NCBI GenBank assembly: GCA_031425235.1 | Contig: JANPIZ010000004.1 | Location: 66,251 to 130,250 of the forward strand | Direction: 5' to 3' | Source of the DNA: Candidatus Nomurabacteria bacterium | GTDB taxonomy: Bacteria; Patescibacteriota; Minisyncoccia; Phycocordibacterales; UBA9973 | DNA length: 64,000 bases | Shown: in pieces, positions 38,967-49,140 of the stretch | Position numbering within the stretch: the first letter of the stretch is position 1 | Layout of the letters: each line of letters starts with the position of its first letter | The notes under the pieces: model-generated | Databases searched by the model: none | Seen by the model: the letters and a program-made list of their open reading frames with translations, nothing else | Told to the model about the DNA's origin: nothing | Program-made: the position numbers and the translations under genes

Positions 38967-39431
38967 TTATTTCATAAGTTGTATTTGTTCTTTATCTGCA
39001 AATGTTGTCGCTATTTCGTCCACCCTATCATTCCACTTGTCCCCACTATGACCTTTTACATAGTGCCATTTTGGTTTAAATTCTTGTGTGAGTTTGTGTA
39101 GGTCTTCCCAAAGTTCGCGATTCATAACTGCTTTTTTTGCAGAATTTATCCAATTATTTTTTAGCCATCCATGTATCCACTCTGTCGCCCCATGAATAAC
39201 ATATTTTGAATCAGCAAAAATTTCTACTGGCAAATCAATCTTATGTTTCTTTAAATATTTTAACCCTTCAATAGCAGCCATTAGCTCCATCTGATTATTA
39301 GTAGCGTGATCACTCCGTCCACCAAGTTCAAAAACTTTATCTCCTAATAGGATAGCAGCACCCCAGCCAGCTGGACCTGGATTCCCCCGTGCAGCACCAT
39401 CTGTATATATGATTATTTTATTTGGTTTCAT
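38967..39431 (-). CDS. rnhA: Ribonuclease HI
   Basis: IYTDGAARGNPGPAGWG, TNNQMEL, DSKYV, VKGHSG..WNDRVD. Confidence 0.96.
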   Translation of the reverse strand: MKPNKIIIYTDGAARGNPGPAGWGAAILLGDKVFELGGRSDHATNNQMELMAAIEGLKYLKKHKIDLPVEIFADSKYVIHGATEWIHGWLKNNWINSAKKAVMNRELWEDLHKLTQEFKPKWHYVKGHSGDKWNDRVDEIATTFADKEQIQLMK

Positions 39432-39433
39432 GT

Positions 39434-41113
39434 TTAATATATATCTTCTACTCTTAATCTTAACTCTTCTCTACCTCTAAATCTAGACAGGTCAAAAGTA
39501 GCGAGTAGATTTACATTTAATCCTTCAGCTAAAGGCTTTTTAAAAGATTCCGTATTGGAGAAGAAAGAAATTGCCACAACTTTGTAGTGCTTACTACTAT
39601 TTATGTCAGAAAAAATAATTTCCAAATGTTCCCCGGACCCATTTTTGCCGAACTTTTTCAATTTTTCTATTTTCACTCCCTCAAACAAAAAAACTGGTTT
39701 TTCATTAGCCAGACCAAAAGGTGACATTTTTTCTATCTCACGCCAATTTCTCATATTCACCATATCGAGTGTAGAGTGTATATCATACAATATTTCATTT
39801 TTGGTTTTTTCTTTTTTAATTTTATGAAAAGAATCAGATAAGGCTTCTTCTAAAAAATGAATTTTATCATGATGAACCGTAAAACCACCTGCGAGTTCGT
39901 GTCCACCATGTTCTAGAAATGACCCGGAAGTTGCCCCCATAAGTTCCACCACTGATACTGAGCCATTGCTTCGACACGAACCCTTTATACAGTCATTTTC
40001 ATCTTTTCCCCATACAAACACCGGTCGTTCGTGCTCGTCCATTATTTTACCTGCCACTAACCCCAAGACACCGACACGCCATTCTGGATTTCCCACCACT
40101 ATTACGGGAGACATTTCTTCTACATTTCTTTTTTCTAATTTCTTATTAACATCACGCATGATACCGGTGACAATAGTTTTTCTCTCGTCGTTTATTTTTG
40201 TCAGATGTTTGGCTAAGATATCAGCCTGAGCTTCATCTTCAGTAGACAAAAGTTCAAATGCTCGCATTGGATCGTCCATGCGGGATGCGGCATTCAGTCT
40301 CGGGGTCACCATAAAACCGATATCGTCTTCGGATATAGTTTTTTGATCTATTTTTATTTTTGCCAAAAGTTTTTGCAAGCCAGGCCTTCTCGATTTTCTA
40401 AAAACTTTCACCCCAAAGTATGCCAGCGCTCTATTTTCTCCGGTAAGTGGAACCATATCAGAGAGTGTCGCCAAGCCTGCCATGTCGAGCATCCATTTTT
40501 CTGCGCCTTTTGCTATATTAAATTTCTGATTTTCCGTACCATATTTCTTTATAAATCCTTGAGATAATTTAAATGCTACGCCCGCACCGCAAAGCATTTT
40601 TTCTGGGTATTCATCTACTTTTGGATTTAAAATTGCATAGGCACGAGGCAATACTTCGTGTGGTAAATGATGATCCGTAATTATGACATCAATACCGTCT
40701 ACTAATGCCTGTGCCACTTCTTCTACTGCAGTAATCCCTAAATCTACTGTAATAATTAATTTCACATTACTTTTTGCAAATATTTCTATCGCTTCTAAAT
40801 TTAATCCATACCCTTCACTATTTCTCTGGGGAATATATACTTTAAAATTCGTATACTTAACTAGTTTAAATAAGTCACATAAAATAACTGCTCCAGGGAT
40901 ACCATCGCAATCATAATCAGCATAGATTAATATTTTTTCATTTGCCTCAATGGCTTCAAATATTCTCACACACGCACGCTCCATGTCGCGCATTAAAAAT
41001 GGGTCATGCAGGTCCCTCTCGTAGTTTGGACTCAAGAAAATGTCAGCTTGTGTTTCATTCACAATTCCACGTTTTTCTAAAAGAATCCTTAATAATTCGC
41101 CATACTTTTGCAT
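39434..41113 (-). CDS. recJ: ssDNA exonuclease RecJ
   Basis: DYDCDG, EGYGLN, TDHH, PRLNAASR, GSCRS, GGHELAGG. Confidence 0.96.
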   Translation of the reverse strand: MQKYGELLRILLEKRGIVNETQADIFLSPNYERDLHDPFLMRDMERACVRIFEAIEANEKILIYADYDCDGIPGAVILCDLFKLVKYTNFKVYIPQRNSEGYGLNLEAIEIFAKSNVKLIITVDLGITAVEEVAQALVDGIDVIITDHHLPHEVLPRAYAILNPKVDEYPEKMLCGAGVAFKLSQGFIKKYGTENQKFNIAKGAEKWMLDMAGLATLSDMVPLTGENRALAYFGVKVFRKSRRPGLQKLLAKIKIDQKTISEDDIGFMVTPRLNAASRMDDPMRAFELLSTEDEAQADILAKHLTKINDERKTIVTGIMRDVNKKLEKRNVEEMSPVIVVGNPEWRVGVLGLVAGKIMDEHERPVFVWGKDENDCIKGSCRSNGSVSVVELMGATSGSFLEHGGHELAGGFTVHHDKIHFLEEALSDSFHKIKKEKTKNEILYDIHSTLDMVNMRNWREIEKMSPFGLANEKPVFLFEGVKIEKLKKFGKNGSGEHLEIIFSDINSSKHYKVVAISFFSNTESFKKPLAEGLNVNLLATFDLSRFRGREELRLRVEDIY

Positions 41114-41182
41114 CCCAGTAGTAAAATTTAAAATAATAATGCCTATCCTTATGTACCGTAATCAAAAATTTACTACGGGACA
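41114..41182 (-). repeat. Family A2 element (69 nt) ending on the recJ ATG
   Basis: TGTCCCGTAGTAAATTTTTGATTACGG...AAATTTTACTACTGGG then ATG. Confidence 0.92.
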
Positions 41183-41224
41183 GGTAAATTGAATTTTAAC
41201 ATATATAAGTTATAATCTATACAC

Positions 41225-41635
41225 ATGGATGATTGCGTATTTTGCAAAATAATAAAAGGAGAATTGCCAGCAAGTAAGATTTATGAAGACGACAAAGTCC
41301 TCGCTTTTCTGGATATTGAACCAGTAAATATTGGGCATGCATTAGTTATCCCAAAAGAGCATTATGTAAACATCTATGAAACCCCTGAAGGTATTTTATT
41401 GGATATGATCAAAGTTGTTAAAAAACTCTCAAGTGCAATCAAGGGCGCCTTGAACTCGGATGGTATAAATGTCACCATGAACAATGACCCTGCTGCTGGA
41501 CAAATTATCTTTCACTCCCATATACATATAATTCCTAGAATCACAGATGATGGATTTGGTACCTGGAAAGGCAAAAGACCATATGAAAAAAGCGAAAAAG
41601 ATGAAGTAGCCAGCAAAATTATCCGAGCGCTTTAA
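41225..41635 (+). CDS. HIT family nucleotide hydrolase
   Basis: CVFCKI, AFLDIEP...GHALVIPK, HSHIHIIPR. Confidence 0.95.
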   Translation: MDDCVFCKIIKGELPASKIYEDDKVLAFLDIEPVNIGHALVIPKEHYVNIYETPEGILLDMIKVVKKLSSAIKGALNSDGINVTMNNDPAAGQIIFHSHIHIIPRITDDGFGTWKGKRPYEKSEKDEVASKIIRAL

Positions 41636-41638
41636 TTT

Positions 41639-42829
41639 ATGAGTACTCACAAAAATATAAGGCTGCTAACTTGGTTAAACTTTTGCATTGATTTTCGTAT
41701 TTATAATGCCATAGCCGCGATTTATTTTGCACAGGTTACTGGTTCATACGCACTAGGGCTTGGGATTTTTTCCATCCGAACGATTTCTTCTTCTGTGTTT
41801 GAATTACCAACAGGGGTTTTGTCTGATTTGGTAGGTAGGCGAATGACAGTAGTGCTAATGCAGGTGAGTAGCGTGCTTTCAATCATTTGTTATGCAATAG
41901 GTGGATCTTTTTTCTTTCTTGCAATAGGTGCTGCTTTAGGAGGGCTAGCTTCGGCGCTTTACAGTGGTAATAATTCCGCATTACTATACGATTCCTTGAA
42001 AGAAGAAGGGAAAGAAGAGCACTATAGTGAATATGAAGGAAAAACTAGTTCGATGTTTCAAATTGCCCTTGCCGTTTCAGCATTAATAGGAAGTATTACT
42101 TTAGGTTTTGAATCCTTTAAATTTCTTTTTTGGCTTTCTGTTATTCCGCAGGTTGTAGGGTTGGTCTTGGCTTTCAAGCTCGTTGAACCTAAACAACACT
42201 ACCAAGTTATCGATACTAATATTTTCAGTCACTTGAAAGAGGCCTTGAAAAAATTTAAAGAAAATGCAAGATTAAGATCTTTAAGTTTTATAAAAATTCT
42301 TGAATATGGAACTGGCGAAGCTGTGCATGAGTTCTCTCCTGTTTTCTTTGCTACGCTATGGCCGGCGTGGGCGATTGCTTTGGCAAGAGTTTTGAGCCAT
42401 CTTTTTGGAGCATTGGGGTATCGCATGTCGGGAAAAATGATTCAAAAATTTGGTGAGCTTCGAACTTTACTTTCCGTAAAAACTGCAAGTTTTTCTATCA
42501 GTACCATTATTATTGCTTTCCCCACTATACTTACCCCACTTATTAAAACATTAACATCTTTTAGTTTTGGAATTAGCTCTGTTGCCCAAAGTAGTTTGCT
42601 CCAAAAGGAGTTTTCTGATGAGCAAAGAGCTACTATGGGGTCCTTAAATTCATTGGCGGGTAGTTTGTTTTTCGGGTTAGGAGTTTTTGGACTGGGTCTT
42701 TTAGCGGACAGAATAGGTGTACAATATGCTATGTTAATAGTGCAGCTGTCATCAGTTTCCGTAATTATTTTATACTGGAAACTTTTTAAAAAATATAACG
42801 TAGTTAGTAAAACTATTGCAGCGCTTTAA
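41639..42829 (+). CDS. MFS transporter
   Basis: FELPTGVLSDLVGRR motif A; about 12 TM helices. Confidence 0.92.
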   Translation: MSTHKNIRLLTWLNFCIDFRIYNAIAAIYFAQVTGSYALGLGIFSIRTISSSVFELPTGVLSDLVGRRMTVVLMQVSSVLSIICYAIGGSFFFLAIGAALGGLASALYSGNNSALLYDSLKEEGKEEHYSEYEGKTSSMFQIALAVSALIGSITLGFESFKFLFWLSVIPQVVGLVLAFKLVEPKQHYQVIDTNIFSHLKEALKKFKENARLRSLSFIKILEYGTGEAVHEFSPVFFATLWPAWAIALARVLSHLFGALGYRMSGKMIQKFGELRTLLSVKTASFSISTIIIAFPTILTPLIKTLTSFSFGISSVAQSSLLQKEFSDEQRATMGSLNSLAGSLFFGLGVFGLGLLADRIGVQYAMLIVQLSSVSVIILYWKLFKKYNVVSKTIAAL

Positions 42830-43928
42830 TGCCAGGCAAGGTTCCACTCGACAAAAAATCTAACGTTGAACCACCACCAGTAGATACAAAAGAGAATTTT
42901 TTCTCTAATTTCATTTTTGATATCAATGCCACTGTGTCTCCACCGCCAATAACACTCTCACCTTTTCCTGCTGCGACAAGTTTCAATATTTTCTTTGTAG
43001 ACTCTGCTCCACCGTCTTCGTATTTACCAAGTGGACCATTCCATAATATTAGTTTTGAATTTTTTATTAATGGAGCTAGATTTTTCACTGTCTGTTCGCC
43101 TATATCTAAAATGTAATCATCGACGCTAACTTCCTCGATTCTTTTATTTAAAAAATATTTTCCAGATTTTACGACAACATCGACAGGTAAAATTATTTTC
43201 TTATTCTTCATGAGTTTTCTCAATGTTTCATTGTCGGTATCATCTACTAAGGATTTGCCCACTATATATCCTTCAGCCTTTAAAAAATCATTAGCAAGGG
43301 CTCCAGCAATAAACACATAATCCGCAAGCTTGAGGTATTTTTTAATAAGTGGCATTTTGGTCGAAAACTTTGCACCACCCAAGATAAATAAAAATGGATG
43401 TTTAGGTTTTAAAGCATGAGATAAATTTTTTACCTCTTCTTCAAGTTGAAATCCTGCATACGCTGGAAGTAATTTTGGTAAAAGTACAATTGAAGCATCT
43501 TTTCGATGATCGACAGAAAAAGCTTCGTTGACATACATGTCAGCAAGTTTCGCCAATTCTTTAGCAAACATTTTACTACATTCTTGTTCTCCTATATTGT
43601 TTCTCAAATTTTCGAGCAACACTATATCTCCATTTTTCATTTCAAAAACTGCTTGTGTGGCTTTGGGGCCCACAATTTCTTTGACAAATGTTGCTCTCAT
43701 ATATGTATTAAAAACTTTATACACAGGAAGCAAACTTTCTCCACCTTTTCCGAGGTGAGCAATGAGAACAATCTTCGCTCCTTTTTTTTGTAAAAATTGT
43801 ATTGTCGGTAATGCTTTTTGGATTCTAAAATCATCCAGAACTCGGCTATTTTTAATAGGTACATTAAAATCTACGCGCAATAAAACACGCTTCCCTTTTA
43901 AATTTTTTATTTGTTTGATGCTTCGCAT
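42813..43928 (-). CDS. pgk: Phosphoglycerate kinase
   Basis: LRVDFNVP, LLENLR, LGGAK, WNGPLG, GGGDT, STGGG. Confidence 0.97.
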   Translation of the reverse strand: MRSIKQIKNLKGKRVLLRVDFNVPIKNSRVLDDFRIQKALPTIQFLQKKGAKIVLIAHLGKGGESLLPVYKVFNTYMRATFVKEIVGPKATQAVFEMKNGDIVLLENLRNNIGEQECSKMFAKELAKLADMYVNEAFSVDHRKDASIVLLPKLLPAYAGFQLEEEVKNLSHALKPKHPFLFILGGAKFSTKMPLIKKYLKLADYVFIAGALANDFLKAEGYIVGKSLVDDTDNETLRKLMKNKKIILPVDVVVKSGKYFLNKRIEEVSVDDYILDIGEQTVKNLAPLIKNSKLILWNGPLGKYEDGGAESTKKILKLVAAGKGESVIGGGDTVALISKMKLEKKFSFVSTGGGSTLDFLSSGTLPGIKALQ

Positions 43929-44671
43929 ATAGCTAGAATTGTTGTAAATTTTTTGGCGCTTAGACTCGCCTTACCCGGCAAAAGCCCGTCAATACCTCCG
44001 TGAACTAAAAACTCTCCTGCGTCTTTTTCGTTTACTGAACCACCATAGATAATTCTCGGCATATGTATCTTCGCTCCAAATTTATCTGCAAGTGTTTTTT
44101 TAATAAAAATACCCATTTCTTCTGAGTCTCTCGGCGTAGCGTCTCGCCTGCCAACAGTGCTTGAAATAGCCCACACGGGCTCGTAAGCAATAATAACTTT
44201 TGAAAGAGAATTTTTTGAAACTCCATTTAAGCATTCTTCGAGCTGCATTCTTACTACATTAAAATATTCATGGCTATGATCGCGGTCCTGCTCGCCCGCA
44301 CATAGTATTGGAATTAATCCAACAGAAAGTGCACCTTTTAATTTTTTATTGATTATTTCATTTGTCTCACCTAGAGCTCTTCGTTCCGAATGACCTAAAA
44401 TTACGTACCGTGCTCCAATATTGTACAGCATTTCCGCTGATACTTCCCCTGTAAAAGGTCCCGTATCCAGACCAAAAGAATCTTGTCCACCAAGAGATAT
44501 TTTTTTAGATAATTTTTTCAATTTTTCTATATATACAAAAGGTGCACAGATCACAACATCCGTTTTTTTGAGACGAGTTATCTTTTTTGCTACATCTTTA
44601 AATAATTTTTCTGCATCTTTTGACGATGCAGGGTTCATTTTCCAGTTTCCTATTATTATCTTCTTTTGCAT
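43907..44671 (-). CDS. tpiA: Triosephosphate isomerase
   Basis: GNWKMN, GHSERR, AYEPVWAI, YGGSV. Confidence 0.97.
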   Translation of the reverse strand: MQKKIIIGNWKMNPASSKDAEKLFKDVAKKITRLKKTDVVICAPFVYIEKLKKLSKKISLGGQDSFGLDTGPFTGEVSAEMLYNIGARYVILGHSERRALGETNEIINKKLKGALSVGLIPILCAGEQDRDHSHEYFNVVRMQLEECLNGVSKNSLSKVIIAYEPVWAISSTVGRRDATPRDSEEMGIFIKKTLADKFGAKIHMPRIIYGGSVNEKDAGEFLVHGGIDGLLPGKASLSAKKFTTILAICEASNK

Positions 44672-44690
44672 GACATCAGTATATCATATA

Positions 44691-46421
44691 TTATCTCACC
44701 TCTCTCCAAGACGTTATGCTCCATCCACCTGATGGGCCGTTGACAAAGTTGGCATTCGCCAAGCCACTATCATATATAACAGTGGCATTATTGCTTAGAT
44801 TAATGTATTTACCATTTAATGATTTTGCGCTCGCATTATTAGCTAGATTCACTGTGCCATTTGCTGCATATAAAATGACAGCTCCACCATTGTTTGACAG
44901 GGTTATAGCTGATGTAGAAGTCGATTTTGAAAGAACCATAAGATAGCTACCCGCAGATCCAGAGCCGTAAAATAACGCATTATTATTGATAGTAACAGTA
45001 CCGTCTACTATAATCACACCTTCAGAAGTACCATAACTTGAAGCAAGTCTCACTATGCCGTTATTACTAATAAAAAGATCACCGTGAACTAAAAGGGTTC
45101 CTGTCACCGTAAGCTCTGCGCCATTACTAACAGTTAGATTACCAGTTATTTCTTTTGGCCCTAGAGAAGAAGTTCCGCTTGCTGTATAGCTTCCAGAGTA
45201 TACTCCACCAGCGGATGCTTCTGTTTCCCAATCTAAAATGTTTTGATCAGATATAGGCATGGCAACTTGAGTTGGGTCGGCGAGTGTAGTGTTGCAGACT
45301 TTGTTATTTCCACTGCCAACTTGGCAATAGTTGATACCAGCTATAGTCGAATTCGTAACTGTGTGTGCGTATGAATTACCTACTCCGCCGGTCCCTACTG
45401 TTATACCATTTATTAACCCTGTTACTCCACCAAGGTATAGATTAAAAAAAGCGTCCAAACCTGCAGGGCTTGTGCTACTCCATGCACTGGCATATGCTCC
45501 GATTTTCCCGAGACCACTTGCATATCCAGCACTACTAGCACCAATAACATAGTATCTCGTTGAGTTTGTCGCTCCATCAACAACTATCCAATAAGTATTA
45601 CCTGATGTTAATTCAGGGTTGGTTGAAAACGGAACACTCACCCATCCATATGTAGTAGAAATAAGCGACGCTGATAATACTCCTGAAGCGATGGTGGTGG
45701 TTCCCGGGCTGCCACTTACGTCCGAAACAATTCGGACAGTTAGATTACCTGGGGTGCTTACTTTTCTTATATATAAATCTACTTTATTTACGGGGCCAGT
45801 CGCACTAACTTGAAAACTTTGGGCAAAATCTTGTGTAGCATTAGCATTTCCAAAAGTTACATTGTACGTAGGTACACCAGTGCCATGAGTCTGATCAGCT
45901 ACTAATGCGGCTGAGTTCGCTGATAGTGCCGTACCAGTAATTGATCCAGAACCATTAATGGGTCCATTCGAATACACACTACCATTCACCGCAGAACCAT
46001 TATTCATAGTGAAGCCACCTGTTCCAACCTGTACTCCATAACTAAAAGACACCCCTGTCCCTGTGTTTAGTATCATCTCAGTCTTTCTTTGCCTCGAAGA
46101 AACGTCACCGGTGGCGGAAATAGTTTTTTCATTATAACCAGAATCTGTAATGGTCGCAGTAGCAGAATTCCCCGCAAGAGTAATAGTATTTACAGCACCT
46201 AATGCCTTACCTGTTTTTAGGCGAAAATATGAATCTTCGACGACTGATTCTGAAAGAAAAAGACTCTGCCTCGACTGAACTAAGTTGTTTGCAACTTTAA
46301 ATTCACGAATTGAAGGTACAACAAGTCCAGAAATAATAGCAAGAGAGATGAAAAGGAAGAACACTACTGATATTATCATTGCCTGTCCACCATTTTTTTT
46401 GTATGTACGATAAGTAATCAT
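44691..46421 (-). CDS. Large PilX-like minor pilin / pilus adhesin
   Basis: Prepilin-like KNGGQAMIISVVFF N-terminus; beta-rich body; C-terminal WREV. Confidence 0.75.
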   Translation of the reverse strand: MITYRTYKKNGGQAMIISVVFFLFISLAIISGLVVPSIREFKVANNLVQSRQSLFLSESVVEDSYFRLKTGKALGAVNTITLAGNSATATITDSGYNEKTISATGDVSSRQRKTEMILNTGTGVSFSYGVQVGTGGFTMNNGSAVNGSVYSNGPINGSGSITGTALSANSAALVADQTHGTGVPTYNVTFGNANATQDFAQSFQVSATGPVNKVDLYIRKVSTPGNLTVRIVSDVSGSPGTTTIASGVLSASLISTTYGWVSVPFSTNPELTSGNTYWIVVDGATNSTRYYVIGASSAGYASGLGKIGAYASAWSSTSPAGLDAFFNLYLGGVTGLINGITVGTGGVGNSYAHTVTNSTIAGINYCQVGSGNNKVCNTTLADPTQVAMPISDQNILDWETEASAGGVYSGSYTASGTSSLGPKEITGNLTVSNGAELTVTGTLLVHGDLFISNNGIVRLASSYGTSEGVIIVDGTVTINNNALFYGSGSAGSYLMVLSKSTSTSAITLSNNGGAVILYAANGTVNLANNASAKSLNGKYINLSNNATVIYDSGLANANFVNGPSGGWSITSWREVR

Positions 46422-46428
46422 AAATTTT

Positions 46429-46932
46429 TTAGTAATAACTACCCCTTAAAACAACTGTACTATAGAAACTCTCGACGCGACTTGAGGCATCCTTAGTGCT
46501 CGTAACACTAATATATACTTTTACTGCCTTCCCGACCAAAGTATTAATTTGTGTAAACGACAAGCTTGTCACCTGTATCGTAGAACTATTTAAGTTTCCT
46601 ATAAGGATACCATTTTCAAAAATCTGCACATCGGATCCCGACAACAAAAACCGGATCGTTTTATTATTACCTGCCTCATCTTTAGTATTTAAAGTTACAT
46701 CACTTGAACTAATCGCATAAATATCGTAAGACTGCCTTATGTCTCTCGATATTCTTTCTATAATTGAGGAGCTCTGAACAAAGTCAGCTTGAATAGAAGT
46801 TGCTCTGAAAGATTTTGTCATAGAAATTAAAGCATTTACCACCACAAGAGCAACGACAACAAAAAGTGCTATATAAAAAATAGTTTCTATTAATGAAAAT
46901 CCACTATCTTTTTTTTGTGGTATGGCTTTCAT
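46429..46932 (-). CDS. Type IV minor pilin (PilW-like)
   Basis: GFSLIETIFYIAL class III signal; start set at MKAIPQ. Confidence 0.88.
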   Translation of the reverse strand: MKAIPQKKDSGFSLIETIFYIALFVVVALVVVNALISMTKSFRATSIQADFVQSSSIIERISRDIRQSYDIYAISSSDVTLNTKDEAGNNKTIRFLLSGSDVQIFENGILIGNLNSSTIQVTSLSFTQINTLVGKAVKVYISVTSTKDASSRVESFYSTVVLRGSYY

Positions 46933-46934
46933 AG

Positions 46935-47423
46935 CTATGAAAATAAATCCGTTATGTAAAATTGTAAATTCTTTGAAATGGTTTGCCCGCCTTCGACCCA
47001 AGACACAGTGATTGTCACCAGTTTTGTTTGATTATCAACTACACCCGACGCAGCAAGGTTTTGACTTCCATCTCGATATGCTGAAGAAAATACAACTTTT
47101 CTAGTAAAGATATCTACAACGTTCGGTGTGCTAGATAAAATCCATGTGCCCCCGGTAAAAGTAAGATAATAGTTAGTATCAAGATTTAAACTAGAAATAT
47201 TAGACCAACCGTTGTCCCGCAAAATGCGAGTTGCCTCTGCACCCTCTTCTAGAAGCATTGCAGATTGGGATTGATGTACAGACTGTCGTGCAAGATAAAT
47301 AGATTTCTGGGTCACCAATGAAGCTGCGATAATAACTACAGTGACGATAGAAGTAGCAACAATTATTTCAACCATAAGAGAACCTTTTTGTTTGTTGCTT
47401 ATAAAATTAAATTTGTCTTGCAT
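46935..47423 (-). CDS. Type IV minor pilin (PilV-like)
   Basis: KGSLMVEIIVA class III-like signal; VTITVSW. Confidence 0.85.
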   Translation of the reverse strand: MQDKFNFISNKQKGSLMVEIIVATSIVTVVIIAASLVTQKSIYLARQSVHQSQSAMLLEEGAEATRILRDNGWSNISSLNLDTNYYLTFTGGTWILSSTPNVVDIFTRKVVFSSAYRDGSQNLAASGVVDNQTKLVTITVSWVEGGQTISKNLQFYITDLFS

Positions 47424-47455
47424 GTTATTTTAATTTTACCACACTCTATCCTAAA

Positions 47456-47911
47456 TTAATTACTACTAATCGCCCCAGTAGCAGAAACAATAATCGTTTT
47501 GGATTGAGAGGCATTCGAAATAGTAATATTCCCAGTTTTGTTGGGTGTACCAGATAATTTATCAAAATAAAGATCAGTTGCCCCGCCAGTAAGATTAATA
47601 TTAGAAATATATGCTGGAGTAGAAATAAGCACGGTTTCATTAGTGCTATCAGATGCAGAATATGTTGACCCTTCAAACATCACTATCTTATTTGATTCAA
47701 AGTGTATCCCATACTCTAAAGAATTTACTGAGGAAAGAGTTTGTGATTTTGCTTTATCGAGCGTAGAAGAAATATCCGAAACAGCAGACTTGAGGACTTG
47801 ATTTTGTTTCATTTTCTCGAGAGACGGCACTGCAACTGCTAAAAGCATAGCCACGATAGCCACAACTATTATAATCTCGAGGGCAGAAAATCCTTTTTTG
47901 TGATGTTTCAT
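47456..47911 (-). CDS. Type IV minor pilin (FimT/GspH-like)
   Basis: KGFSALEIIIVVAI...AVP signal. Confidence 0.88.
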   Translation of the reverse strand: MKHHKKGFSALEIIIVVAIVAMLLAVAVPSLEKMKQNQVLKSAVSDISSTLDKAKSQTLSSVNSLEYGIHFESNKIVMFEGSTYSASDSTNETVLISTPAYISNINLTGGATDLYFDKLSGTPNKTGNITISNASQSKTIIVSATGAISSN

Positions 47912-47918
47912 TTTAAAA

Positions 47919-49136
47919 TTAACCTATACTACCTAAAATTGAGTACAGCGGTGATATCATAGATATCGCAAAGAACCCAACACCGGCTCCAATAATAACC
48001 ATTAAAAATGGCTCAATAACAGTAGAAAGATTTTTTGTCTTACCTTCAATTTCCTCTTCGTAGAATAAAGCAATTTGGAGCAGCATATCTGAAAGTTTTC
48101 CTGTTTCCTCCCCGACTTGGATCATTTCTGACATCATAACAGGATACAAATGATTGTTGGCTTCAAATACTTCAGAAAAAGGAGCTCCTTTTTCAACCGC
48201 AACTTTTGCTTCGGTTAATACTTTTTTAAAATAAATGTTTTGGACCACATCTTCAGTAATCTCAATAGCTCGAGTGAGTGAAACACCCGAGAGGAGGAGT
48301 GACGACATACTGCGAGCAGTACGAGCAGTATTCAATTCTTTTGTTAAAGTACTAATAAGTGGAATTTTAATAAAAATAAAGTCGAGATATTTTGCCATAA
48401 ATTTCGCGCGAACGAGTGAATATGCACCGAAAGCGAGTCCACCCATTATCAAAAATGTGAGAATTAAGTTATTGGAAAAAAAGTTTCCAAACGCAATTAT
48501 GATCCGTGTCGAAATAGGCAACACTACCCCGAGCTCTTTGAACGTACTTGCAAGCGTCGGCACCACAAACGCAAACATGAGAACACCTATGACCACCATC
48601 GCGGACATGATCACCCCGGGGTAAATAAGAGCACCATGTATTTTTTTAGTTAAAGAATATGATTTTTCTAAATTGAGCGCAATTTCAGAAAGAGCGCCCG
48701 AGAGATTTCCGGATTCTTCGCCTGCGCGAGTCATCGACACAAAAAGTTTAGAGAAAACATTTGGGAATTTTTCCAAACTGGATGAAAACGTTTCCCCGGA
48801 ATCGATGTCATTTGCTATAGACGTCAGGGCTTTGTTTAAAGCTTTATTTTTAGTTTGCTTTTTTAATACAGACAACGCGCGAGCAAGTGACAAACCTGCG
48901 GTAAGCATACCGCTTAAATTTTTTGTGAAAATAATTTGATCAGCAACTTTTACTTTTGAAAAAAGATTGTCAAAAATTGCAATATTCGCAAAAGGATTAC
49001 TCTTTTTTTCGCTGATTGATATAGGAGTATCTCCCTTTTCCCGAAATTCGCGTGCTAAAGCAAGACGATCGGGAGCTTCTTGAGACCCTTCAAACATTTG
49101 CCCATTTTTTAGTTTTATTTTGTAAGAAAAAAGCAT
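47919..49136 (-). CDS. pilC: Type IV pilus platform protein PilC/GspF
   Basis: AGEESGNL, ALIYP, VGEETGKL, IEP. Confidence 0.93.
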   Translation of the reverse strand: MLFSYKIKLKNGQMFEGSQEAPDRLALAREFREKGDTPISISEKKSNPFANIAIFDNLFSKVKVADQIIFTKNLSGMLTAGLSLARALSVLKKQTKNKALNKALTSIANDIDSGETFSSSLEKFPNVFSKLFVSMTRAGEESGNLSGALSEIALNLEKSYSLTKKIHGALIYPGVIMSAMVVIGVLMFAFVVPTLASTFKELGVVLPISTRIIIAFGNFFSNNLILTFLIMGGLAFGAYSLVRAKFMAKYLDFIFIKIPLISTLTKELNTARTARSMSSLLLSGVSLTRAIEITEDVVQNIYFKKVLTEAKVAVEKGAPFSEVFEANNHLYPVMMSEMIQVGEETGKLSDMLLQIALFYEEEIEGKTKNLSTVIEPFLMVIIGAGVGFFAISMISPLYSILGSIG

Positions 49137-49140
49137 ACAG